DNA of 64,000 bases from Rhizodiscina lignyota (lineage: Eukaryota), in NCBI GenBank assembly GCA_010015805.1, contig ML978135.1, positions 310,001-374,000 on the forward strand. The letters are read 5' to 3'. The position numbers were made by a program, and so were the translations under genes. The notes under the pieces are model-generated. The model was not told the DNA's origin. It saw only the letters and a program-made list of their open reading frames with translations, and ran no database searches. How positions within the stretch are numbered: the first letter of the stretch is position 1; the number at the start of each line of letters is the position of its first letter. Below are positions 22,643 through 34,238 of this stretch, piece by piece.

Positions 22643-24335
22643 ATGATTCAACAATTGCTGCCTTTCTTCAAACCTCTTTACATTGCCATTGGAACTCTTT
22701 CGATACTGGTCGTCTTTCGAATATGGGTTCGCGCTAGATATGCTTACAAGGTTGCCGCTGCTGGTGGAGTACATGCTCCTCGGCTGGCAAATAACCCTTT
22801 CGCAGGTACTTCATCAACAGAAGCATACCTCAGAGTACTTTTTCTAACAATTTTGCAGCTGCCCGTTGGATATATGCCATAGGGGTTGCCCAAGCGCAGA
22901 ACCGCTTGCTGGAATGTTTCAACTCTGCTTGGACATGGGCAACACCGGAGAGCCCGAATACAGTGGAGCTCAATATCTCCGGTGGCCGTCGAACCTTCTA
23001 CACACGAGACCCTGAACACATTAAGGCGATATTGACCAGCAAATTTGCAGACTATGGAAAAGGCCCCGAATTCCACCGTGTTTGGCGGCCCTTCCTGGGA
23101 GACTCTATCTTTACAACGGACCGTCAGCAATGGCAAGACTCAAGGAACTTGATAAGGCCAATGTTCATTAAAAATCGAGTCAGTGACTTGGAGATATTCG
23201 AACACCGGACGATGGTAATGATGGGAAAATTCCCAAAGTCCGGCGAGACATTCGATTTGATGAATCTATTCTACCGCTACACGATCGATGTCATTACAGA
23301 TTTTCTTCTTGGCGAAAGTATTAACAGTCTGGAGAATCCCACATCAAAATTTATCGCTGCCTTTCACGATGTTCAGCGCATACAGACGATGCTCTCCATC
23401 TTGTCGTAAGACACATGTATCCCCAGTACAACGTAGTCGTATGCTAATCCACGCAGCCCGCTTGACAGGTTTGTTCCTCAACGGAAGTATAAGCGCGGCA
23501 TCAAGGTCCTTGAGGAATTCATCGTCCCCTTCATCGACAAGGCTCTAGCTCTGGATAATTATGAGCTCGATAAGCTCTCCAAAGAGAAATCGTTTACGTT
23601 CCTGCACGCCCTAGCAAAATATACACGCGACCCGAAAGTGATCCGGGACCAAATCATCGCAATTTTACTTGCTGGGCGAGATACCACGGCCGCCACGCTA
23701 TGTTGGACGTTCTATCAGCTCAGCAACTATCCGGCCACGTATGCCAAACTTCGGCGAGAGATTCTCAACGTCTGCGGGCCCACTCGCGAGCCAACTTACG
23801 ACGACTTGAAGAATATGAAATACCTCAATCATACATTGAATGAGACGCTACGACTGTATCCTGCAGTCCCGTTCAACGTCCGCTCTGCCTTGGCGGATAC
23901 CTCCTTGCCTGGCATGCCTGGTCAGCCGGATATCACGGTTGTCAAAGGCGATTCCGTTTTCTACAGCACCCTCGCTATGCAAAGGCGTCATGACTTGTAT
24001 CCGCCATCTTCACCTGACTTCGCTCCTCCCGACATCTTTAGCCCGGAGCGATGGGAGAAGTGGAACCCAAAAGCGTGGTGCTACATTCCGTAAGTCGCTC
24101 CTTGTGGCTCGTGGTTTGGAAAGAGACTAATGTATGTAGCTTCAATGGTGGACCAAGAATATGTGTTGGGCAAAATTTCGCTCTCACCGAGATGGCTTAT
24201 ACTATCGTGCGGATAGTGCAACGCTACGAACGTATTGAATACAGAGGCGACTGGGACCAACAGTATCACAAGGTGGAAATTGTGGGAACACCGGGTCACG
24301 GAATTCCGATCGCGATGTACGAGGCGAAGAGCTGA
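22643..24335 (+). CDS. Cytochrome P450, CYP52 clan (alkane/fatty-acid hydroxylase-like), 4 exons
   Basis: N-terminal TM anchor, 'DPEHIKAIL', '[10 protein letters not shown]', I-helix 'LLAGRDTTA', 'ETLRLYP', 'PERW', heme loop '[14 protein letters not shown]'. Introns approx. 22807-22858, 23406-23456, 24090-24139. Confidence 0.95.
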
Positions 24336-24545
24336 CTGCCGTACTTATTGGACACTACAGGAGGGAGTCCTTGAACCGTTTCAAGTCCAGCTAGGCTCTC
24401 AGAGAAACCATGGTCTTTGTGCTTCACCTGAGCTTACTTTCGGATATCTTATGGCTGTCATGAAATTGGTTACGAGTATCGAAAATCCTGATGGTGTAAA
24501 AGCTCATTATTGTGCTTCTACATTACTTCCTACATATATACAGCC

Positions 24546-25619
24546 TCAAAACTCGTAGGGACTCATTGGCTCTGCTTCATACACATACATTGTGCTGTTA
24601 TGCTGGTCGGGCAACCAATAAAATCGCAACTTGCCGTCCACAACCTCGACGTCCATTGGATTCTCCGTCAGCACGACACCCAATGCACTCAGCCCGGTGA
24701 TCGGAACTTCATCTAAAGGCACCATTGTCTCTGTGTCTACTATGGCGAGCCCGCCGAGCTGGAACTTGGTGATTGCGCCTTGCGCGTAGGTCGTCAGGCC
24801 GGAGCAGAGCATCGTGCTGCGGTAGTCGTACATCCGCGGGTGACCGAGGAATTTACAGTCCTGGTAATCGGAGAAGTACGATGGGTTTCTTGTAACCTTT
24901 TGCGGTTTCGTGAAGCCGCCGGAAGAGCCGTGGCCCTTGCCGTAGCCGTAACCGCCGAAATGGCCAAGACTGAATTTCGAAGCGTTCCTAGCACCCCAGT
25001 TCAGACAGTAGATATCATTCGTCTTCGTATCGTGCACAATCCCTCCCAAATGGTCGTTGTACGTGAGTACTTCAGTGTCTTCCAACGTGTGCGGATTGAT
25101 CGTAACCACTCTGGCTGTTGAGTTTGGCCGATACTGGGCAATGGTTCCCCAGACGTTTTCACCATCGTAGTCAATACCTCCGAGGTGGTATTCGTTGTCG
25201 CCAGGCTTGCTGTACGTAGCTCGTGCAATCCGCTTCCCTTCGCCATCGAACACTAATATGTGTGCAAAGCCAACACCAGGAGCACGGTCCGTGCCATTGA
25301 TGGTCTTATTGAAGCTCGCAGTCGCCACGATCTCTTCCGTGCCAGAGACGAAAAACCGATCCGAGCCAATGCGGACCATTCCTTCTGGCTCAAACGTCTC
25401 GCCTTCAAATGTGATGTTCTTGATTGATTTCCATATCGTCGAGCGGCCGAGGTTCGCGAAAGCCTCTGCTATCTCGTCTGCGTGTGAGGCAGCTCCCGGA
25501 GCAGGGAGCTTGGCCGGTGCGAATGGCACGCCATGTTGGAAGACGGTGAGGTTGAGAGCAGCGGAGACGGAGAAAAGAGATGCAATTGAAGCAGCCGAGA
25601 AGAACTGGAGAGACCGCAT
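24546..25619 (-). CDS. Secreted beta-propeller-like protein, DUF6454-like
   Basis: Signal peptide from ATG 25619 (MRSLQFFSAASIASLFSVSAA). Motifs 'EPEGMV', 'YHLGGIDYDG', 'AQYRPNS', 'DHLGGI', 'DYQDCK', 'MLCSG'. Intronless. Family name recalled from memory. Confidence 0.75.
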   Translation of the reverse strand: MRSLQFFSAASIASLFSVSAALNLTVFQHGVPFAPAKLPAPGAASHADEIAEAFANLGRSTIWKSIKNITFEGETFEPEGMVRIGSDRFFVSGTEEIVATASFNKTINGTDRAPGVGFAHILVFDGEGKRIARATYSKPGDNEYHLGGIDYDGENVWGTIAQYRPNSTARVVTINPHTLEDTEVLTYNDHLGGIVHDTKTNDIYCLNWGARNASKFSLGHFGGYGYGKGHGSSGGFTKPQKVTRNPSYFSDYQDCKFLGHPRMYDYRSTMLCSGLTTYAQGAITKFQLGGLAIVDTETMVPLDEVPITGLSALGVVLTENPMDVEVVDGKLRFYWLPDQHNSTMYVYEAEPMSPYEF

Positions 25620-26308
25620 GGTGGAATTGAGGACCTCTTGAAAGATCTGCAAGGACACAAGACTCATTTTTGGCCAACCTACCTGTGCCGGATTTAAGTA
25701 CCTGGCTCGCTGAACATCGTATCTTCGTTGACGTACATGCATCGATCTGCAGCTTCGACCTTGGAGGAAGAAGCTCCGACACGATTCGAGTCAACGACAA
25801 GCACGTTGCAGAAAGAAGAGAGCTCATTGTTCCTGATGACGGAATTCCCGGGACCCGGTATCGTTCTGCAGTGCACGGACGTGAGCCGAAAGCTGGTCGG
25901 CTTCAAGGGTGTGTGGGTGACAAAATAGCTGGCCGTCGGGCGAGGTGTAATAACTAACGATGAGCAGTTCTTGCACTTCAACGTAAGCGAGATTGTATCT
26001 GAAAGCACAGTTTTATATTCTTTGGAGTTTATATCACAGTAACAGGTTGTTGAAAAACTTAAACACTTTATTAGTTATCGAGGCTTTGCATCTTAGCTGT
26101 TCAGTGTCTTGAAAGCTATCGTGTGGCCAACTTTTTTGTCACCCTCGTCGCTGTCACTCGCGGGTCCGGGTCTTCTCCAACCACCTCCACCTCCAAAAAG
26201 CTTCTGTCAAACAATTGACAGGCTCGCCGGCTCCCTCCCACTCAGCACTACTCTCCTCCGCCCTTTGTCGGGAACAGGAGGCCGTTTAGCAGATCCACGT
26301 GCTAGTCG

Positions 26309-28467
26309 ATGAGGACCTGCATATCCTGGGTCTCCTTAGTCCTCCGACCACCAACTCGGGCGCGTCTTTCATGCCACAGATATCAGGTCACTGCCGTCTG
26401 CAGGGAACAGCGGTTCGCAGCATCCGATTTTCCAGCAGCCAACCGAGCAAAGAGCTCTCGATCCAAGATGCCTAGAGATCCGAACACGCTGTCGAATTAC
26501 GATGACGTGCGGACCACCCACGTGGTAGCCAATTTTGAGATCGACTTCGAGAAGAAGAGGCTTGTCGGCAGCGTATTACTCAAACTCAAGAGCTTGACTG
26601 ACAATTTGAAATCCGTAGTGCTAGATACAAGGTAAGAATAACTCCCCTTTAGGTAATTTCTATTTGCATATGCCTTTCAAGGTCTCTTCTCAAGTACTGC
26701 CGCTCCGATCGGAATTATTGTGGCTCACTTCCGTTTGAAGTTATCTAGATATCGAGAGCGTGGGCGTTGAAGATAGGACCTCCAAGTTCACCGTTGCGCC
26801 TCGCTCTGAACCTTATGGATCCCCTCTCACCATTCAATTTGACAAGAGCATCTCCAAGGGCGAAGAGATAGAAATCGACATTTCTTTGAGCACCACATCG
26901 AACTGTACTGCGCTCCAATGGATGACACCAGAGCAAACTCCGAACAAGAAACAGCCATATATGTTCTCCCAATGCCAGGCAATCCATGCGCGCTCAGTCC
27001 TGCCGTCACAGGACACTCCAGATGTAAAAGCGACTGTCGACTTCAATTTCCGATCACCTTTACCAGTTGTCGCTAGCGGGCTGCCTACCGGAGCAAAGGA
27101 CTACCTGCCTGGCAAAGATGGCAAACCCGGAACCATGCTCTATACCTTTAAGCAGGAAATTCCGATTCCATCATATCTATTCGCGGTAGCAAGTGGTGAT
27201 CTCGCTAGTGCTTCCATTGGACCGAGAAGTACAGTGTGGACTGGCCCGGAGGAGCTTAAAGACTGTCAATGGGAGCTTGAAGATGACATGGAACGCTTCA
27301 TGGAAGCTGCTGAGAGTATTGTATATCCATATGCGTGGACGCAGTACAATGCACTCATCCTGCCTAACTCGTAAGTACCTTCAGATATATTGCCAGGTTC
27401 TTTGCGCTCACTTCCCATATTTTAGATTCCCGTACGGCGGAATGGAGAATCCGATTTTCACATTTGCAACTCCAACGATCATTTCAAAAGATCGGCAGAA
27501 CATCGACGTGATTGCGCATGAATTGAGTCACAGCTGGTCTGGCAATCTAGTGAGCAACGCCTCTTGGGAGCACTTCTGGCTGAACGAGGGCTGGACGACA
27601 TATCTCGAGCGAAGAATCCAAGCGGCAGTGCATGGAGAGCCTCACCGAGGATTCTCCGCCATCATTGGCTGGAAAGCACTTCAAGACTCGATCGAACGAT
27701 TCGGCGAGGACAACGAATATACAAAGCTCGTTGTTGACCTGAAGGGGAAGGATCCTGACGACGCATTCTCTAGCGTGCCATACGAGAAGGGCTTTGTCTT
27801 CCTCTACCACCTGGAGAATCTGATCGGGAAGACAAAGTGGGACAAATTTATCCCGCATTACTTCGAGACCTTCCGCATGAAGTCGCTCGACTCTTTTGAG
27901 TTCAAGAAGACTCTCATCGACTTCTTCGCTTCAGACGCTGAGGCGAGTAAGAAGCTGAAAGATCTTGACTGGGACAAGTGGTTGTTTTCGCCCGGGTATC
28001 CACCGAAGCCCGACTATGACGAGTCTATGGTAAAAGCTTGCTACGCTCTGTCTGATGCCTGGGAGTCGCGCAGCAAGGGCAGCAAGACGGAATTCACGCC
28101 GAAGCCATCTGATATTGATGGCTGGGTAGCAAACCAGTCTGTCGTCTTTCTGGAGAGGCTCCAGGGCACCCAAACATTATCTGCAGCCGACATTGAGCTC
28201 ATGGGGAAGACATATGCATACGACACCAGCTCAAATGTTGAGCTCGTCAGCAGATTCTATGTCCTCGCGCTCAAAGCAAAATGCCACTCATTCTACAAGC
28301 CGACTGCGGAGCTGCTTGGAACTGTGGGGAGGATGAAATTTGTGAGGCCATTGTACAGATGTCTCAATGAAGTCGACAGGGACCTGGCGATAAAGACTTT
28401 CCTGAAGAACAAGGAGTTCTATCATCCAATCTGCAGGCAAATGGTAGAGAAGGACTTGTTTTCATAA
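26309..28467 (+). CDS. LAP2: Leukotriene A4 hydrolase / leucine aminopeptidase 2 (M1 metallopeptidase), 3 exons; conserved core starts at ATG 26468
   Basis: 'RDPNTLSNY', 'FSQCQAIHARS', 'FPYGGMENP', 'HELSHSWSGNLV..WLNEG', 'VPYEKG', 'VGRMKFVRPLY'. Introns 26632-26740 and approx. 27371-27425. Confidence 0.96.
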
Positions 28468-28780
28468 TCGCAGGCCGAATATCATTGTTCCTTGCGGATC
28501 GCATGAAAACAGCTCCATAATCAGCAAAACTCTTTCAGCAGAGCTAGTGATGTCGGCAGTGCATGAATCTATATGTCTCTGCGACATACATTCGTTTAAT
28601 CTAAAAAAAATAAAAATTGAAGCGCAACGGCGAGCTGCTCGTAAACACTAACTTGAAGCCTGGTTTGGTGAATAGTATTATATCATATTACGATAGTAAA
28701 GGTGTTCATTGAGAAAGTAATCTATATACGGCGCGGCGGTATATACACGGACAGGCACTCGCTAACACCCTCTGACAGTA

Positions 28781-30604
28781 TTATTGCGTCTCCGCATAGC
28801 AGGAAAACTGTGGAGCGTTCACATCTGACCCAACACACTTCCAGCAGGTGAACAAGTTATCAGGATCGTACTTCTGCTTGATCTGTAATAGCTTATTATA
28901 ATTACTGCCATAGAAGACGCTTTGCCAGTTCGGCTCAGCCCAATCGGCCTCGTTCGTGTATGCAGCTTGGACATCAAGCACGTTCGCAACCTTCGCCAAG
29001 CCGTTGCGAGCACCTTCTTGGAGAGCATCGGTGAGAGCCTGGGGTGTCCCTGGAGGCCAGCCCGGGCCAGCGATGAAATGCATAGCCGTGCTGTACCAGG
29101 CCGGATTGACGCTGGTATCTCCGGTATTCTTGGAGCTTGGTGGTGCCGTTTTGAAGAACGCTAACTCCGACAAGGCTGCTGCAGCATCAAATCCAGCCGT
29201 CTCGATGATTGCCTGCATGCCCGCCAGGACAGCGCCAACAAACGTGTTTATACTCTCTGTCGATGCGAGGATGTCGCGAGGAATCAGCCGGGAAGGAGTG
29301 ATGATTCCAATTCCATCGCCTGAGGTGCGCGTAATGAACTCTGCTTGGCCTGTTTCCCAGGCGTCCTGATCATCGTAAAGGATGAAGTCGTCATTTACGA
29401 TAGCAAGATCAGGATGCGTAGTGACGAGTTGATGGACGCTAGATGTAAGAGACTTTAGCTGTGCCAATGCATTATCGTTCGAAGGTAGCATCTCCATCAG
29501 CTCCACAGTCGTGGGAGTGAAGACGTCGAAGCCAGTCATGTTGTTTTTAGTCCATGTGGTCTGATTCGTCGACACTGCCGTGATTACATCCCGAAGTACC
29601 GTCGACATTGTGGTGTTTGGTGTGATAGCGTTGGATGAGATATTGGCGCGGAAGTGCCAGGTCGCGAAAGTTGTCTTTGGGTATACGAGGGTCTTGTAGT
29701 TCACCATGATTGCGTACGTGCCCGCACCACCACCTCGCAATGCCCAGAACAGGTCAGGGTCATTGCACTGGTTAACCGTTCGAAACTTCCCGTCGGCTGT
29801 AACAATGTCGAACTCAACCGCATTGTCAGCCAGAAGACCGTTGGTAGGACTAAGTGGTCCGTGGCCGCCGCCCATGGAGAAACCACCAGCAGGGCCAACA
29901 GTCGGACATGCTCCAACGACTGGCTGCATGCCCTTCGCCGAAAAGAAAGGTAGTGCTTCATCGCCGATGACTCCGGCACCCATAATACCAACATTCGTAA
30001 TTGCAGATGTGCTCTTACAATTATTCAATTGGAACGTCGGATGGAATTCCATCGTCTGGAAGTTAGACATCTCAAGCGCAAGGCTGTTAGGAATAGCGCT
30101 TCGCCCTAGATAGTCGTGGCCGGTATTTCGAATACTGAGTCGAATATTATGTTTCCGGACGAAAGCCAGTGTTGCCGTGATATCTGCCGCTGTACTGGCG
30201 TCAACGTGGAATGCCGACAGCGTTCCGAGAGAGCACACAGCATCTTTGCTCTGAGTCGTTACAGTCAAATTAGGAGCGCAGTTCGCAGAGCCACAAGCCT
30301 CCCAGTTGAAATGCTCCATAGAGCCGTAGACCGTCTGCCGAAAGGTTGGATCAAAATAGTTCGCTTCGACTGTTGCACATTCGGCCTCGTTGAAATTTGG
30401 AGAGCTCGGGTAGCATGGGCTGGCTAGCATCACCGTCGCCTTGAGTTGGCCGGAGACAGTTTTGTTGAAAGCATTCCAATCTGCCGTTGTTGGCCAGCAG
30501 GACTGATTTGGTTGGCAATTGAACGTCGGAGCTGCTGCTCTGGCTGAAAGGAAGGTGAGAGCATTGATAGCAAAGAAGGACAGGATGCTGATAGTAGAAG
30601 CCAT
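28781..30604 (-). CDS. Secreted FAD-linked oxidoreductase, berberine-bridge-enzyme-like (AA7/VAO superfamily)
   Basis: Signal peptide, 'CWP...WNAFNKTVSG', FAD motif 'RNTGHDYLGRS', 'GACPTVG..GGGHG' (His and Cys suggest a bicovalent flavin), 'DLFWALRGGG', BBE tail 'YTNEAD..FYGSNY..KYDP'. Intronless. Confidence 0.94.
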   Translation of the reverse strand: MASTISILSFFAINALTFLSARAAAPTFNCQPNQSCWPTTADWNAFNKTVSGQLKATVMLASPCYPSSPNFNEAECATVEANYFDPTFRQTVYGSMEHFNWEACGSANCAPNLTVTTQSKDAVCSLGTLSAFHVDASTAADITATLAFVRKHNIRLSIRNTGHDYLGRSAIPNSLALEMSNFQTMEFHPTFQLNNCKSTSAITNVGIMGAGVIGDEALPFFSAKGMQPVVGACPTVGPAGGFSMGGGHGPLSPTNGLLADNAVEFDIVTADGKFRTVNQCNDPDLFWALRGGGAGTYAIMVNYKTLVYPKTTFATWHFRANISSNAITPNTTMSTVLRDVITAVSTNQTTWTKNNMTGFDVFTPTTVELMEMLPSNDNALAQLKSLTSSVHQLVTTHPDLAIVNDDFILYDDQDAWETGQAEFITRTSGDGIGIITPSRLIPRDILASTESINTFVGAVLAGMQAIIETAGFDAAAALSELAFFKTAPPSSKNTGDTSVNPAWYSTAMHFIAGPGWPPGTPQALTDALQEGARNGLAKVANVLDVQAAYTNEADWAEPNWQSVFYGSNYNKLLQIKQKYDPDNLFTCWKCVGSDVNAPQFSCYAETQ

Positions 30605-32268
30605 ATCTCAAAGCCACGTACTGAGGTTCCTGCTGTAGAAATGGCTTGTTCCATCCTCTTTTATAGTAAATCCTCTCCTTTCGAATTTTCTCCTTTCATT
30701 TTCCAAGCTCCGACTTTTACGAGATTCAACCCCATCTTTAACGAGGTTACCTGCCTTCTCCGGCGATATCTGTCCAAGTTGCTAGTTTACTAGAGAGAAA
30801 AGAGAGTATCGATGAAGTCGAAGTTGAAGTCCCACGACATTTCCGGCTGCTTACTTCTGGAATTTGCATGTAAAGGATTATATAAGGCATAAGGCTCTGC
30901 CACGTGCTCGGAAATACAATTAAGAGATGTTATTAAGATGAGTTAAGCTGACTTAGGTACCCAGGTAGAATACAAGGGATAAACATGGTCTGTCGAAAAT
31001 TTGCACATGTAAGAAGGAGTGCTCCGTGGTGGTATGTAGTTTCGAGGAAGGGACCGACTCATGAACCTACTTCTGGGTGGGTCGCACCTAAATCTAGGTG
31101 ACCTTGGCACCCCTAACTCGGCCGCCGTCCGCTTTCCAGGTTAGCTCCTTCGTAATTTCCGGGCGCATTCAGGAACCCCTTTTCTTCGTGCTCACCACCG
31201 TATTTGAGGTCCCCGAAGGCGCTCTTATCTTCACCAGCTCAAGGCTCTCCCATCTCGTTCGATTCTCTGCATATTCGATCCTATTTCGACGCATGCAAAT
31301 TCTGACATGTTCCACTGCTCTCCACCTTAAATATCAAGACAGGAGGGACGGAAGATGCGTGCGCCGTATTCCGTATGCATGGGATGAAATATGGTGTCAC
31401 AACGATGGAGCGTTGAAATCGTCTAAGTAGGTATTTGGCTTCCTCAAAAGAAGTTTTGGATTCAAATGATTTCTTTGAGAGTTCCAGTATCCCAATCCTA
31501 GAGGCTGGTATCGAGGAATGCATGCAGGGCAACACACATCCAAGGACCAAGGTCATCTCGAATCGCCAGGATGCATATCAAAGCCAGTACAGATCATACA
31601 TTCTGAAGCTGCGTACTTTAGATAAGTGATACCTGGTATATATTCAATTAAGTTTCAAGAGATGCTCAGAAGGAAACTCGTTCTTACTACAGGCGTTCAA
31701 GTTAACTGGGCTTGTCCTCGTTACATCATGGTGCATCACCAACCGCGTGGAAGACATCCGACCTTCTGCAGGAACGGTGGGAGGATATGAACGTCCTTAT
31801 TCATACAGATTACTCCGCAAGTGAAATCTCTTCTTTAGAGGCACTGCCAAAACCCCTGACCAATGCCTCGTCAAGCCTGCGCTGTCGGATTGGATGCAAG
31901 CGATGAGGCCGCCTTTTATCGTATCATAGGCTAGCACAATTTTCCCGGCCAAGCATGTCTGCCTATGCTCGTGACAAGAGCAAGCCCTATCACATCATCG
32001 CGATTGAGTCCCCTCTCTACAGCTGAAGGAAGATTTCGCGGATTCGCGGGATTTGCATGGATGCGCGACGGGTCACACGCAAGCTTGACGCGAGCTCGCT
32101 GCCCCGCACACGTAATGGGTGTGGGGTACAGATGGCATTCTTAAAATCCTGCCTTCGCACAAGTACCCTTTCTCCATTATTTGTCTGAACAGCACCTGAG
32201 GCTGGTTGGCTTGAAAAGACCCTGAAGGAGAATATTCGAGCCCGTACGATCTCAATACAACCGTCAAG

Positions 32269-33300
32269 ATGCCAGAAACCACCTCCGCCCACTCTTGTGA
32301 GTCTCGTCTGGTCGGAGTCAAGCAAGTACGTCATTGCTAACTCTTTCACAGACAATCCCTTCTCCCGTCGCGATCAGTACCAAACGCAGTCCATCGTTGT
32401 CTACAAAATCGCTACAGTCATTACCTGGTTGCTCTTCGTCATTACTGCTCTCTACTACACCTTCGAGAGCCCTCATGAAGGGTAAGCATCTAGCCCTCGT
32501 TAGGAGCTGTGGAAGCGGACTAACATGTGCAAGTCACAAACCAAGACGTAAGATCTGGAAGCAGAACTCGCATCATCCTTCTCCATTTGCTCTGAACGAG
32601 GTCATCACAAGCATATATTGGATCGTGCTGTGGATCTTGCAAGGCGGCTACTGCTATCATTTCTACCTCCAGGATAGCGTCTACGTCACTGCCGCCGCCA
32701 ATGTGGGAAGCCACTTTATCGCGAACAACCTGCTTCTTTTCGGCTTCGTCCACCTGTGGGTCAGGAGCCACTTCTGGCTTGCCTTGTTGCTGATTGTGAT
32801 CAACTTCTTCAACCTGAGCTCGGCGTACTTCCGTCACCCAACCACGCCGCGCTTCATTCACATTCCAGTCGTCAGTGGACCGTTGGCGTTCAACTTCGTA
32901 GCACTGTTCTGGGTCGGAGCCGCTGCCGTACACGCTCACAACCTGCCGGCGAGAATTGTTGCGAACATCTTCATCTGGAGCTTCTTGGGCTATGGACTCT
33001 TCTTCCTGTCCGTGTACAAGGACTACACCATGGGCTTTGAGCTCAGTGTGCTGTCTGCTGGTATGTTTTGCAACCTCTCCCACCAGTCTCAAGCTAACGG
33101 GCATGATAGCGCTTGGCGTCGGCCAATTCTTCACCAGAGTCATTGCATTGCAATGGGAGTTCGCCTTTGCGATCATGGCCGCTCTATTCCTCCTTTCATG
33201 GGCGGTCGCCTTCCCACAGGTTCTTGGACGCGACCCATTCAAACGCGGCGAAATTGTGTCCGAAGACCGGGAGAGAGCACCATTGCTTGCCGACGAGTAA
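32269..33300 (+). CDS. Multi-pass fungal membrane protein, DUF1774-like, 4 exons
   Basis: Spliced product 'NPFSRRD...ITWLLFVI...IYWIVLWILQ...VGSHFIANNLL..LWVRSHFW...KDYTMGFELS..LGVGQFF...ERAPLL'. Three GT-AG introns with CTAAC branch sites. Confidence 0.85.
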
Positions 33301-33694
33301 AGAGTGGAACGAAGAAGGTTAGTCGCATATGCGAACTTGGATGGTTGCAGAGTTGAGGCAACTACAATCGGATCAAATTGTCAAATTGCAATAATCGATA
33401 TGGCGAAGTTCGGAGACCCCGTCCGGAGGCCGAAGTCTTTCTTTTCTACACCCTTGGTTGATCTTGGGCACATAGTTTGATACCATTCACAGCATTGGTT
33501 CACTTGTTTCTATTACAGTGCGGGAAGTTGTCTTTAAGGGTGCACCCATTTCCTATTTTGCTTCTGCGTAATGAAGGCATAAGCTATGCAATGTCTACCG
33601 TGTCCTTTTCCTAAATGTCCCAAATGAAAGTACATTTGATAAACAACGGAAGTAAAAAAACGAATGAGAAAATCATTCAATCCAACCCTGTCAT

Positions 33695-34238
33695 CTAGGA
33701 AGTGCCGCTGCAGCCGACGAAGTCGTTACCAGAAGCACCGGTGTGCGTGATGGCACCAGCATAGTCGCCATCAGTGTTGAAAACAACACGGTCTTCGCAA
33801 TCAAGTCAGCCTTCGTTCCTCGTGCAGATTTCTTCCATGTCAACTTACCAGCGCCGGGAGAGCCGCCAGTGAATGGGCTTGAGCCGGTGATTGGGAACTC
33901 CTGGTATGGTCCGTCGACGGGGAAGTCGAAGCCCTCGAAGTTGTTGTAGGTATGAGGATAACCGCTGGGGCTGTCGCCGTCCTGGTAGTCCTCGAAGCCG
34001 GCGTCGAGTGCGGTCTGGATATCGGAGCTGGAGTAGCAGGTGTCGCCACAGCAGGTGCTCCCCTGGCGAGCCTTCAGCTGGGCAGGGACCGCGAGAGCGG
34101 TAGAGACAAGAGCGATCAGTGCGAAAGCGACCTGTAAAGGAGGTGAGTGTCACAATGTTTGGGTGGTAAACAGGAAAAGAGAGATATGTGCTGACGATAG
34201 GTGATGGGAGAAGTCGAAAATTAGAAACATACCTTCAT
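33695..34238 (-). CDS. Secreted guanyl-specific ribonuclease, RNase T1/F1 family, 3 exons
   Basis: 6-nt first exon ATGAAG, intron 34232-34132, signal/propeptide, then '[11 protein letters not shown]', '[13 protein letters not shown]', 'YQEFPI', 'SPGADRVVF', '[14 protein letters not shown]'. All four catalytic His/Glu/Arg/His positions are present. Confidence 0.95.

Noticed and set aside
24333..24375. TGA-C stop context of the P450 (also BRN1 at 12503) as possible readthrough to a peroxisomal signal
   Set aside because: The context is TGA CTG rather than TGA CTA, and neither extension ends in a PTS1-like tripeptide.
26632..26740. Possible stwintron or nested intron in the 109-nt LAP2 intron (internal AG-GTAATT and CAAG-TACTG)
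   Set aside because: The internal candidates are too short or lack a branch site, and a single intron already restores the expected 'DTSYLDI'.
31098..31906. Short ORF fragments between the BBE oxidase and DUF1774-like genes
   Set aside because: No recognisable homology or splice structure. A decayed gene cannot be excluded without a search.
32520..33242. 240-aa antisense ORF over the DUF1774-like gene
   Set aside because: It is an antisense shadow with no recognisable features.
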